Part shown: piece after piece, positions 46,344 through 55,172 of the stretch | Layout: each line of letters begins with the position of its first letter | How positions within the stretch are numbered: position 1 is the stretch's first letter | Source: a virus | Taxonomy: Duplodnaviria > Caudoviricetes | Virus record (IMG/VR): IMGVR_UViG_2854418831_000003 | Location: 15,958-79,957 of that record | DNA length: 64,000 bases | Reading direction: 5' to 3' (one strand) | The notes under the pieces: model-generated | Database searches by the model: none | Told to the model about the DNA's origin: nothing | What the model saw: only the letters and a program-made list of their open reading frames with translations | Made by a program: the position numbers and the translations under genes

Positions 46344-46644
46344 ATCCCAGGTTTCCGGCTATCTTGTCCACGTCGTCGCGGGCTTTCTGGCTTTTCTCAT
46401 AGTCCTCAAATCTTTCCAGGTCCATTTCCTGCCGCTCCGGATTGAAAGTTATATGTAAAAATGTTTTGCAACCCAGGCAGGCACCGTGGCCGGTATTGAT
46501 TCCCATCTCCATTGCCAGGCTTTTGCAGATCCAGTTTTCTTTCCCACACACCGGGCAAATTCCTTTATATCTCTGTCTTGTGTCCTTTGGTTCATGGCTT
46601 TCTGTGTCTTGTGCCATGCGATCAATAATTTCTCCCATACTCAA
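46321..46644 (-). CDS. Zinc-ribbon protein
   Basis: CPVC...CLGC. Confidence 0.6.
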   Translation of the reverse strand: MSMGEIIDRMAQDTESHEPKDTRQRYKGICPVCGKENWICKSLAMEMGINTGHGACLGCKTFLHITFNPERQEMDLERFEDYEKSQKARDDVDKIAGNLGYGGQDNG

Positions 46645-46720
46645 CTGCTGCTCCTTTCCCAGGCAGCTTGCGCTGCCTGTGTCTTATTGTGTGATATATT
46701 TTGGATTTTAGAATAGCACC

Positions 46721-46945
46721 CTACTTGTATTCTTTGCCGGTTCCTTTGTCTCTCAATGTAATCCGGCCCACAACCTCAAAACCAGCAAGCTCAGCTGTCT
46801 GTTTCATTACCGGGATGAGATTGCTTATCATTGCCAGGCGTTCCGCTTCTTTCTGTTTTTCCTCCCGGCGTATATTTCCCCAGGCCCCTCCGAATGTTGG
46901 ATCTGGATAACCTTCCCCGTTTTTATTTACTCTATCTGTACCCAC
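46721..46945 (-). CDS. Conserved small phage protein
   Basis: KNGEGYPDPT...AGFEVVGRITLRDKGTGKEYK motif. Confidence 0.7.
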   Translation of the reverse strand: MGTDRVNKNGEGYPDPTFGGAWGNIRREEKQKEAERLAMISNLIPVMKQTAELAGFEVVGRITLRDKGTGKEYK

Positions 46946-47171
46946 GTTTCTCCGCCTCCTCTGCTATCGGACAACCTGTGCAGGTTCCCCTTTCCGCTAC
47001 AAAAATACAATTTTCATCTGTCAGCGCACAAATTGGCTGCTTTTCCTCGGTTTCTTCCTTCTCTTTCTTTTTCTCCCGGTGTGCGTCCATGGTAATGATC
47101 ACAATTACCCATGCAATGCTCAACACGGTCAACGCTCCGATTCCGGCCAAAATATTGATAATTATCTGCAT
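46932..47171 (-). CDS. Membrane-anchored Cys-containing protein
   Basis: Transmembrane segment then C..C..C..C. Confidence 0.55.
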   Translation of the reverse strand: MQIIINILAGIGALTVLSIAWVIVIITMDAHREKKKEKEETEEKQPICALTDENCIFVAERGTCTGCPIAEEAEKRGYR

Positions 47172-47530
47172 TACTCTTTTACCTCCGCCAGGTTTATCTT
47201 TGTTTCTTCCACCAGCTTGTCCCGGAGGCTCTTAATCGTGTGCTTGCCGTCCTCAAATTCTTTCAACAGGTCCATGCAGCCATCATAATAATTTTCCAGC
47301 CGCTGCTTTCCCCAGCCTTTCTGCTCATGCAGGTATGTCATGCCGAACAGGAGAAGCATGTCCAGAGCAGTCTCCGCTCGCTGCTTTTCCTTGCCTTTCT
47401 CAATCTCCTGCACTCTCCGGACGGCTTCGTTGGCCGCTTTCTGTTTCAGTTCATAAATACGATCCGGCGTCATGCGGATACTTTCTTTTCTCTCTTGTCG
47501 TTCCTTGGCTCTGCGTTCTTTTCTTCCCAT
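47171..47530 (-). CDS. Hypothetical protein
   Basis: 119 aa, LHEQKGWGKQRL motif. Confidence 0.65.
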   Translation of the reverse strand: MGRKERRAKERQERKESIRMTPDRIYELKQKAANEAVRRVQEIEKGKEKQRAETALDMLLLFGMTYLHEQKGWGKQRLENYYDGCMDLLKEFEDGKHTIKSLRDKLVEETKINLAEVKE

Positions 47531-47539
47531 AGCTGCCTC

Positions 47540-47803
47540 CTACTCTACCAGGTGGCTTACATCCTCAATATTCAGGATGTTTGCGTCGTGCAATACCAGG
47601 CTGTTGCCAATTTTCTCCGGAGTGCCGTAATACTCAACAATTTCTTTGCGGCTCCGATCATAGACCAGCACGTTTTTTGGTAATCTGCTCAGCTCCTCTA
47701 CCTGCTTTTGCAGGCTCAGGCACATCAGGCCTGCGCTGACCAGTGCAACGCTGATCACAATCGTCCAGACTGCTTTTAATATTCCCGCTGCCTTTTTTCT
47801 CAT
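47540..47803 (-). CDS. Hypothetical membrane protein
   Basis: 87 aa. Confidence 0.55.
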   Translation of the reverse strand: MRKKAAGILKAVWTIVISVALVSAGLMCLSLQKQVEELSRLPKNVLVYDRSRKEIVEYYGTPEKIGNSLVLHDANILNIEDVSHLVE

Positions 47804-47821
47804 GCTTGCTGCTCCTTTCTG

Positions 47822-48091
47822 TTAGAGCCAGGCTTCCACAATTTGCAGGCTGTCCTGTTCTATCCGATTTACGATCCGCATCCGCTCCGGCTTTGCTTCT
47901 CTTATGTCCTCTAATGTGTCCGCCAGGGCTATCAGGTGAGTACTTTTTCGGCCATCAAACAGGCGTGCCACAAAAAGACCCGGATAGTCTTTCGGATCTT
48001 CATACACGACTATCATAGGCGCCCCCTGTGGCATCACTGCCCGGATTAATCTCATGTTAAATTGTGTTATTACCTGGTCCTCTGTTCTCAT
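47822..48091 (-). CDS. Hypothetical protein
   Basis: VYEDPKDYPGLFVAR motif. Confidence 0.65.
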   Translation of the reverse strand: MRTEDQVITQFNMRLIRAVMPQGAPMIVVYEDPKDYPGLFVARLFDGRKSTHLIALADTLEDIREAKPERMRIVNRIEQDSLQIVEAWL

Positions 48092-48707
48092 TTTTCGTTT
48101 CTCCTCCTGCTATTTTGTCAATTATTTGCAGGTACTGGAGGCCATAAAAACCGCCTGTATCAACTTCCCAGTCTGGAAGCAAATCTTCTACCTTTGCGCT
48201 GGCTGTTCCCGGTGTCTCCCAGGTCCACCCATACTGCTGCACAATGGCAATTTCTTTTTGCTTTGTTTTCTTGTGTCTCTCCCAACAATCGCGAGCTGCT
48301 TTCCAGAAGCTCCACGGTACCATAAAAAACCGATTCATGCCAAAACTTACGGCCACAAAAGCAAGTTGCCTGCCCTCTCCCTCCATCCATGCGTCTAAAT
48401 ACTCCGCCTGGTGGTCCTGGACGGCCGAGAAATCAATTCTAGCTCCCTGGGTGTGCTTTGCCTCGACCGCCACTGGGATGTCCCGGAAACGGCCCAAATA
48501 ATCCACACAACTCTTGCGTTCTACCTTGCAGTTTGCAACTTGGCCATGCGCCCCGCGGAGCGGTATAAACTCCGTGGGGACCTTGTGCATGACTGCTATG
48601 CCTTTGGCCTGGTATTTCTCGTTTGCAAAATTGATAAAATCCTCAAATGGTTTGCCGCGGTTCGCCTTGCTGGCGTCCCTCCTGTATGTACCAGAATCCC
48701 ATGCCAT
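48057..48707 (-). CDS. recU: RecU Holliday junction resolvase
   Basis: ANRGKPFE..IN..N..Y...HKVPT...VDYLG...VEAKHT. Confidence 0.88.
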   Translation of the reverse strand: MAWDSGTYRRDASKANRGKPFEDFINFANEKYQAKGIAVMHKVPTEFIPLRGAHGQVANCKVERKSCVDYLGRFRDIPVAVEAKHTQGARIDFSAVQDHQAEYLDAWMEGEGRQLAFVAVSFGMNRFFMVPWSFWKAARDCWERHKKTKQKEIAIVQQYGWTWETPGTASAKVEDLLPDWEVDTGGFYGLQYLQIIDKIAGGETKNENRGPGNNTI

Positions 48708-48710
48708 GGA

Positions 48711-49169
48711 TCACGCCTCCTTTTCTGCGAAATCGTCTGGCATTGTGTCCAGGATTCTCTTTAATTTAAAAATTGTACCGTTGCCGATTCCATTGCCGGA
48801 TCCGGTCTTTTTTTTCAGCTCCTGGAGGAATCGCTCAACCGCTGCTTTTCCTCCGGTGCTTTTGCCCTTAATGGCCTTTACTGCATTTTCTGCATTTTTT
48901 CTGGCCTCTGCTTCCGCTTTGTTGGCTTTTGCTTTGTACTTAGCGACCTCCGCCTCCAACTCTTCGATTTCTGCCTTATGTACGGCCTCCTGGTCTTTAG
49001 CTGGCCCCGCCTGTTCTTTCTGGCTATTCACATAATCAACCAGCTGCTGGTCTGTCATTTTACGGAGCTTAGTGGCTTCCCTGTGCGTTTCTCGCTCCTG
49101 CTGTGTCATTCTACAACTCTGTTTTTTCATGTTCTTTCTCCCTCTGGCTTTTTTCATAACATTTATCAC
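48711..49169 (-). CDS. Hypothetical coiled-coil protein
   Basis: 152 aa. Confidence 0.65.
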   Translation of the reverse strand: MINVMKKARGRKNMKKQSCRMTQQERETHREATKLRKMTDQQLVDYVNSQKEQAGPAKDQEAVHKAEIEELEAEVAKYKAKANKAEAEARKNAENAVKAIKGKSTGGKAAVERFLQELKKKTGSGNGIGNGTIFKLKRILDTMPDDFAEKEA

Positions 49170-49386
49170 ACGCGAACCGGTTTCCTTTTCCGGATACGCT
49201 AATCACAATCGGTATTCTGTTCATGGCCAAATGCCGGCCACAAATAAAACAGGTCTTAAATCCCTGTGTTGGGACTCCCAGGCGTTCCCGCTGCTGTATA
49301 AATTCGCCCACCGTGCAGTCAAATACGCCTGGGTAAAATTCTACGTTGTACGTTCTTTTGGCCGTTACTGTCTTTGTATACTCCAT
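49111..49386 (-). CDS. Zinc-finger protein
   Basis: CFIC...CDKC. Confidence 0.55.
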   Translation of the reverse strand: MEYTKTVTAKRTYNVEFYPGVFDCTVGEFIQQRERLGVPTQGFKTCFICGRHLAMNRIPIVISVSGKGNRFACDKCYEKSQREKEHEKTEL

Positions 49387-49389
49387 AGC

Positions 49390-49608
49390 TCAGTCCTCCC
49401 TCTTTCCTTTCGGGTGCTTCCGGCCAGTCTGCCCTTTTGGTCGCCTCTTGCATCTGCCTGGGCGCTTTGCTATCCGTCGCGGTTGCTGCGGCTCTGGTTT
49501 ATGTTCCGGCCGCTTTTTCTTGCTTCCTGCATCCAGGAGTAGCAACGCCCCGCATATGATCAGGGTAGCCAGGGCGACCAGCTCTAAAATAAAAATTATT
49601 GTTGTCAA
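49390..49608 (-). CDS. Hypothetical membrane protein
   Basis: Hydrophobic N-terminus, basic C-terminus. Confidence 0.5.
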   Translation of the reverse strand: MTTIIFILELVALATLIICGALLLLDAGSKKKRPEHKPEPQQPRRIAKRPGRCKRRPKGQTGRKHPKGKRED

Positions 49609-49621
49609 TAGTTCTTCCTCC

Positions 49622-50176
49622 TCAATGTCCGCTCCGCAACATGCAAAATAATAATTCTGTCATGGAGCGCTTTCTCGGTCCATAGCGGCACGGTAATATG
49701 ACCGCCAGTTTCCACTGTCTTACCTCTGTATCTAACGGCGTGGGCTTCTCAAATTCGTCTGTCGCCTCCGCCCAGTCCGGTATTGCAACCATTACGCCGA
49801 AGTAGTTGGAGGATTCCGGAAACTGTTCGCGCATATGTCTGGCAAATTTCCCGCTGCTCAAATCCGGTAAAATGTCCTTGTAGCACTCCATTGTTGTTAC
49901 AATATAGTTTTTCTCCCCCAGGAAGTTCAGGCCGTTCCCGCTGTAAACATCTTCTTTGCAGCTCTTTATCTCATAACAGGTAAATATGCCTTTTTCTATC
50001 CCGGATATAGAGCACTGATCAGCCGGGGAAAATTGCATGTAATCAACTCTTTTTGCCTCTCGCCTCCACGGGTCAATGCTTACCTCACTGGCCCAGTGTT
50101 TCCCAGCTCCTCCAAAACGTGTGTTTATAAGTAACTGTCCGAGGAACTTTGTTGTTTCTTTTCTGTCCATGCTCAC
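49622..50176 (-). CDS. PD-(D/E)XK nuclease-fold protein (MmcB-like)
   Basis: SEV...RVDYM...CYEIKS..ED..SG motif. Confidence 0.6.
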   Translation of the reverse strand: MSMDRKETTKFLGQLLINTRFGGAGKHWASEVSIDPWRREAKRVDYMQFSPADQCSISGIEKGIFTCYEIKSCKEDVYSGNGLNFLGEKNYIVTTMECYKDILPDLSSGKFARHMREQFPESSNYFGVMVAIPDWAEATDEFEKPTPLDTEVRQWKLAVILPCRYGPRKRSMTELLFCMLRSGH

Positions 50177-50442
50177 ACCACCCTCATAAATCTCTCACGG
50201 ATCCGGTCAGCCCATGCACTATTGCGGATTGCTGTTCCTTTCACTCTGTACCGGTCACATGTCTCCGTGGCCACTCCTCCATATTCGCAATTTGGAAGCG
50301 CATACGGGCCAACTGGTATGTAATATTCGCAAGTGCAACACCACTTTTCTGCCAGTGCCTTTTCCTTTATCTTCCTGGCCTCTTCTTCCATCTTTTTGTT
50401 ATATTCCGGATCCAGACCAAAAATCTGTTGTATCTTGTTCAA
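50173..50442 (-). CDS. Cys-rich hypothetical protein
   Basis: CCTCEYY...C...C. Confidence 0.55.
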   Translation of the reverse strand: MNKIQQIFGLDPEYNKKMEEEARKIKEKALAEKWCCTCEYYIPVGPYALPNCEYGGVATETCDRYRVKGTAIRNSAWADRIRERFMRVV

Positions 50443-50741
50443 AACAATCTCCTTTTCTTTTTCTTGCCGCCGTTCCTGGACATGATCCCGCCGTGCATTT
50501 TCAGCCAGTTGTTTGTAATTCTCATGCCGTACAAGAGACTTAACGCATCCAGACGGTCGATATGCAGCTTGCTCTCAAAGGTACCGGTTGCGTTCCTGGC
50601 GACCATCGCCACCAATTTTGCTTGATTTTCCGCTGTTATCGGTACGCACCACTCAGTAACGCCTCCGTCAATGTCGGCAAGTTTGCGGCCGTCCTTGGTA
50701 TATAAGGCTCCGCTTTTAAAGTTCACGCTCGCTTTTCTCAC
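50439..50741 (-). CDS. Hypothetical protein
   Basis: 100 aa, coupled to its neighbours. Confidence 0.55.
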   Translation of the reverse strand: MRKASVNFKSGALYTKDGRKLADIDGGVTEWCVPITAENQAKLVAMVARNATGTFESKLHIDRLDALSLLYGMRITNNWLKMHGGIMSRNGGKKKKRRLF

Positions 50742-50947
50742 GCTTCCGCCTCCCGTCTCACGCCTCGGATTCCCAGGCTTCCGTTGTACCCTGCTGCTTT
50801 CAGGTCTTTTTTCATGGCCTTATATTCTCTATCCAGTGCCGCGCCGGTTGCTCTGCTTCTCAACATTACGACGCCATCTTCCAGCGTCGCGTCTTTACCC
50901 AGCTCTTTCAGGTATCTCACGGCCTCAATTTTGTCCATCTGCCACAC
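50738..50947 (-). CDS. Hypothetical protein
   Basis: 69 aa, GGAGG SD. Confidence 0.55.
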   Translation of the reverse strand: MWQMDKIEAVRYLKELGKDATLEDGVVMLRSRATGAALDREYKAMKKDLKAAGYNGSLGIRGVRREAEA

Positions 50948-50950
50948 CTC

Positions 50951-51223
50951 CTACCATTCAAGTGAATCAAAGTTTTTGCTCAACTTTTCCTGCTGTCTGT
51001 CTAATTTTTCAAATTTTTCCTGCTGCTGCATAAATTCTCGTAAACTTTTCGGTTTTTGCCTGGATGTACTTTGTTCCATTTCATTGAGCAGCCTGTCACT
51101 TTTCTCCTCAAACAGTGCCACACATAAGTTTCTTGCCGCTCTTTCACTCAGGCGGCTCTTATGAAAAAGTGCGTCCAGAATTTCCTCTTTGGTAAATGTC
51201 TTTACAAATTCCTCTGCTTTCAT
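50951..51223 (-). CDS. Hypothetical protein
   Basis: 90 aa. Confidence 0.55.
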   Translation of the reverse strand: MKAEEFVKTFTKEEILDALFHKSRLSERAARNLCVALFEEKSDRLLNEMEQSTSRQKPKSLREFMQQQEKFEKLDRQQEKLSKNFDSLEW

Positions 51224-51666
51224 CAGCCTTGCTGCGCCTCCAATGCTTTCCGGGATTCTGCCACTGCTTGGCGATCCACATCATTGTTGTGCTGGTTCTT
51301 ATCGTGCCCCTTTACCCATATAAACCGGATACTGGTAAATTTCTGCCGTTCCCTCATAAGTTTCCGCCAGAGGTCCCGGTTCTTTTTCATAGCAAAATGG
51401 CCGTTCATGGTTTCCACCACATAGTTGCTGTCTGAATACACTTCAACCGGTATCGTTTTATCAGTTATGCTTTTCATAGCTTCCAAAACCGCCTGCATTT
51501 CCATACGGTTGTTAGTTTCTCCTATCGCTCCGCCGGACTTCATGCGAGCCTGGCCTTTATATATCAACTTACAGGCCCAGCCGCATCCGGAACCAGGGCG
51601 ACCGTTGCTCAGGGCGGAACCGTCGGTGTAAACGGTTATTTTATCCATTGTCCTGTCCCTCTCCAA
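51223..51666 (-). CDS. Ribonuclease HI
   Basis: YTDGS, TNNRME, YSDSNY, WVKGH..N..VD; all four acidic residues present. Confidence 0.92.
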   Translation of the reverse strand: MERDRTMDKITVYTDGSALSNGRPGSGCGWACKLIYKGQARMKSGGAIGETNNRMEMQAVLEAMKSITDKTIPVEVYSDSNYVVETMNGHFAMKKNRDLWRKLMRERQKFTSIRFIWVKGHDKNQHNNDVDRQAVAESRKALEAQQG

Positions 51667-51907
51667 CTCCGTTTGCGTACTGTTCGAGCTTGTCTCTCAT
51701 TCCCAGGCGCTGCACTGCGGCCACCAGGCCGTATGCCAGGCGTACCAGGTCAAACGGTTTCACGTTCAGCATTTCAACCGATAAATCGTCGCTTCCCTTT
51801 TCCAGGTCCACACAACACCCGCTTTGAATTTCCTTTGTGCTGCCGTCACTGTATCTCACTGTAATGCCGGCAATATCACGGCTCTTTTCTTCTCCCATGA
51901 CTCTCAT
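51641..51907 (-). CDS. Hypothetical protein
   Basis: 88 aa. Confidence 0.55.
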   Translation of the reverse strand: MRVMGEEKSRDIAGITVRYSDGSTKEIQSGCCVDLEKGSDDLSVEMLNVKPFDLVRLAYGLVAAVQRLGMRDKLEQYANGVGEGQDNG

Positions 51908-52113
51908 TCCTCCGTTTCTTTTAACTGTCTAATTTTCGCTTCCAGCGGTATTGCAGCATATTTATTTTTGGGGTATCTCTGATACTCAGCTCTAACCGCT
52001 TCGCGATTGTAAAGGTTGTCGTATTTCATTGCTAATCGAAGCGAAATGTCAGAACCTTTTCCCGTTAATGTAATTTTGGACTTGTCCATATATTCAAAAA
52101 ATATTTTCCACAT
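51904..52113 (-). CDS. Hypothetical protein
   Basis: 69 aa from MWKIFFEY. Confidence 0.5.
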   Translation of the reverse strand: MWKIFFEYMDKSKITLTGKGSDISLRLAMKYDNLYNREAVRAEYQRYPKNKYAAIPLEAKIRQLKETEE

Positions 52114-52840
52114 GCTGCTCAATCCTTTCTTTTGCAATCTGGTAATATTCCGGATCCAGCTCTATCCCTACAAATTCCCGTCCGGTATTCAGGCAGGCAA
52201 CGCCGGTGCTCCCAGCTCCCATGCAGTTGTCCAGGACTGTCTCTCCTGGGTTCGTGTAGGTCTTGACCAGGTATTCCAGCAGGTCCACGGGCTTCTGCGT
52301 CGGGTGTAGGCGCTTGGACTTGTCCCCGGTGCTGTATTGCAGCACATCCACCGGATACCGGTCCGTGGAGTCATATGTATAGTTTCTTTCCTCCCGGCCA
52401 TAGCAGCTGCTGCCGTCCGATTCCCTGGTTCCGTATGCCGTCGCTGTCTTTCTCTGGTGCCCGTGCGTCATTTGCGGGTTATAGGTCGGCGGCTTCCGGT
52501 AAAATATTTCTATGTTTTCGTGGGTCCTCAGTGGCATTTTCTTGGCGTTCATAAATCCGCTGGGCTGTGTTTTTCTCCATATCCATTCATAGCGGTACAT
52601 GGCTTTGTTGCTGCTGATCAGCTCTGTGGTAAAAGGTTGTGCGCTAAAAAGTGCAATGGCGCCGTTTTCCTTTACCACTCGCCGGTACTGTTCCCACAAC
52701 TCCTGCAAGTTGATCGGAGCGTCCCACCGGCAGCGTGTTGTGCCATATGGCAGGTCACTCAGCACCATGTCAATGCTGCTGTCCGGGATCCGGTTCATAA
52801 GTTCCAGGCAGTCACCTTGTAATAGTGTTGCTTTGCTCAT
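52094..52840 (-). CDS. N6A/N4C DNA methyltransferase
   Basis: GDCLE, SDLPYG, HPTQKPV, VLDNCMGAGSTG. Confidence 0.92.
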   Translation of the reverse strand: MSKATLLQGDCLELMNRIPDSSIDMVLSDLPYGTTRCRWDAPINLQELWEQYRRVVKENGAIALFSAQPFTTELISSNKAMYRYEWIWRKTQPSGFMNAKKMPLRTHENIEIFYRKPPTYNPQMTHGHQRKTATAYGTRESDGSSCYGREERNYTYDSTDRYPVDVLQYSTGDKSKRLHPTQKPVDLLEYLVKTYTNPGETVLDNCMGAGSTGVACLNTGREFVGIELDPEYYQIAKERIEQHVENIF

Positions 52841-54174
52841 TAACAAGGCCCTCCCTCTGCTCCATGGAATGCTCCGGCTGGATACATCCACGGGCCATCA
52901 ACAAAAATGTCTGCTGTTTCAAATTCTCCGCTTACCAGGCTATGCAGTGCCTTGGCGTCTCCGTGGTATACGCAAGACTCCGCGTCTCCCACAAAGCTAT
53001 CCAGGTCCTTTTTATTGTCCAGGGTAAAGCCGAGGATTTCTTCATCTTTCTTTAAAAGCTCGTATTCCTCCGGCATTATTTCCCGGATTCCTGCAAACAA
53101 TGGCGGCGTTGAGAATATGCACATTGCACAACTGCACCGGTTCCAACCGGCTCTATAACACGGGTGTGGGTTTACCTTGTGGCGTTTCAATACTTCCCAC
53201 ACGTCTTTTTCCGAGTAATCAATAGCCGGGCGCCACTGGTGTACCAACCTGTGGGCTTTGGTTGTGGCATTGGTTCTGTGTATTTCCATTTCATTGTACT
53301 TGGAGCGCCCTGCTGATTCTCCGCGGCGTTCTCCGGAAACAACCAATATTTTTACATTCTTGCTGGTCTTATCCAGGTTTGCTGTAACACTGTCCTGCAC
53401 GGCGGCTTTCAAGTTTCCACTGCACCAGCGGCCTTGATGGGTTCCTCCCTTGGCCGGGAACTTCTGGCGTTTCCCGCCTATTTCTTCAAGCTCTCCCAAC
53501 TGGCTCAGGTTGCTCATAACAGAATCTGCAACCATAATTTTCAGATATGCACTGCACCAGCGGCGGCTTAAATCTCCCGTTTTCGCTGGGAACTTCATTC
53601 TGTAACCGTATTCTTTGAGCTTCTCCTCCATTTCCTCGGTGGCGCTCTCTTTCAGTTCCCGGCACTGTATGTATTTCCTGGATAACTTGCACCGGCATAT
53701 CTCCCCGGTGTCCGGGTCCATCCACTCGACCGGTTCGCTTGCGCCGATCCTGTAAAGCTCTCCAAAAAATCCATTTACCCGCCACGATAACCTCAGCGGT
53801 ACCTGCTCAGCTTCTGCAAATGCTTTTACATAATTTTGTGTACAGCGCCAGTCCATTCTCCGGGATGGGTGCCCGCCGTCTATGTCGTGGTGCCATAGCT
53901 CAATTTTTTCTTTCGGCACGCCCAACTCAATGAGTTTGTAATAGCAGGCTATACTGTCTTTTCCTCCGGACAGTAACACCGCGATCATGTCGTACTCTTC
54001 CAGGGGGAGAAGTTCTTCCAGGTATATTTTTTTCATGTGTTCGGAGTCCTGTCGGCCTGGCACTCTCGGCTTTATCCGTATGCCCTGCCCGTATATCGGC
54101 GCATCTTCATGGCCGTATATAACAGGAGTGTCCTTTGTACAATCCAGGTCTTTTATATATCCTGTGTTCTCCAT
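52840..54174 (-). CDS. PAPS-reductase-family protein
   Basis: PP-loop LSGGKDS, RWCS..LK (twice), GERRGESAGR, HPCY..GWNRCSC..C. Confidence 0.85.
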   Translation of the reverse strand: MENTGYIKDLDCTKDTPVIYGHEDAPIYGQGIRIKPRVPGRQDSEHMKKIYLEELLPLEEYDMIAVLLSGGKDSIACYYKLIELGVPKEKIELWHHDIDGGHPSRRMDWRCTQNYVKAFAEAEQVPLRLSWRVNGFFGELYRIGASEPVEWMDPDTGEICRCKLSRKYIQCRELKESATEEMEEKLKEYGYRMKFPAKTGDLSRRWCSAYLKIMVADSVMSNLSQLGELEEIGGKRQKFPAKGGTHQGRWCSGNLKAAVQDSVTANLDKTSKNVKILVVSGERRGESAGRSKYNEMEIHRTNATTKAHRLVHQWRPAIDYSEKDVWEVLKRHKVNPHPCYRAGWNRCSCAMCIFSTPPLFAGIREIMPEEYELLKKDEEILGFTLDNKKDLDSFVGDAESCVYHGDAKALHSLVSGEFETADIFVDGPWMYPAGAFHGAEGGPC

Positions 54175-55172
54175 CAACGTGCCCTCCAACTCTCCCACGT
54201 CATATCAATCCCGACGCATGTCTCTTTCAGGCGATCCAGGGTTTTCTCTGCGTTCCTGCTGTCTCCGCTCTCCGGTGTCATACGCTGCACCAGCTCCGGG
54301 CCACTGTAATTTGTTGTGATGATCGTCGGCATATATCCCTCGTATCTGGCATTTATAATGGCAAATATCTTGCTCACGCCCCACTCGGTCGGCTGTTCGC
54401 TGCCTATATCGTCAATAATCAGGAGTGGTACTTCCTCGTACTGGCTCAGGATGTATGCTTCGTCTACGTCGCTGCCAGCTGCCTTGTAGGTTTCCCGGAT
54501 CCTGTCCAACAGGTCGATCATGGTCATGCAGATGCAGGCCGTTCCCTCACTGATCAGCTGGTTTGCAATGGCCGCTGCCAGGTGGGTTTTTCCGGTACCG
54601 TACCCGCCAGCCATAAACAGGCCGTTGCGCTCGATCTCTGGCGGTGTTACGTGGTTGCGGTCGTTTTTAACCGGGCGCATACGCTGGAAGTTGTCGGCAT
54701 ACTTCTTTGCCTGGGTGTATGCCTGGCGGCGTCCCTGGGTGTCCTGGACAAAATTCTCAAAACGTCTGTTCTGGAATCTTGCTTTCATGCCGCTGCGCTC
54801 CATCATGCTGCGGAACCGCTGCATTTCTTCCTCCCTGGCTTTCTGTTCTGCCTCAGCTGCCTTGCGGGCCTCTTCCTTTGTGTCCCAGTCTTTCCAGAAG
54901 TCCTGTGCCTTGCCGCATGTACAACGCTCCGGGCGACTCTTCCACACGATCACATGCCGCGGCGCTACCGGGCTAACCAGGCCGTAATATTCCAGCTTTC
55001 TGCCACAATACTTGCAGCTTACTGTTTCCGGTACCGGCTCCGGCACGCTGTACCCCTCTCTCAGGGCTTCCGCGGTGCTTATGCTGTACTTGTCCGGCTT
55101 AGTAGTCTCCGGCTGTGTGGAACCCTGCTGTATGGCTTCCTGCGGCATTGCTGCCATTGTTGCTGTGCTCAT
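54174..55172 (-). CDS. DnaC/IstB-like helicase loader
   Basis: GGYGTGKTHLA, LLIIDDIG, PTIITTN. Confidence 0.9.
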   Translation of the reverse strand: MSTATMAAMPQEAIQQGSTQPETTKPDKYSISTAEALREGYSVPEPVPETVSCKYCGRKLEYYGLVSPVAPRHVIVWKSRPERCTCGKAQDFWKDWDTKEEARKAAEAEQKAREEEMQRFRSMMERSGMKARFQNRRFENFVQDTQGRRQAYTQAKKYADNFQRMRPVKNDRNHVTPPEIERNGLFMAGGYGTGKTHLAAAIANQLISEGTACICMTMIDLLDRIRETYKAAGSDVDEAYILSQYEEVPLLIIDDIGSEQPTEWGVSKIFAIINARYEGYMPTIITTNYSGPELVQRMTPESGDSRNAEKTLDRLKETCVGIDMTWESWRAR

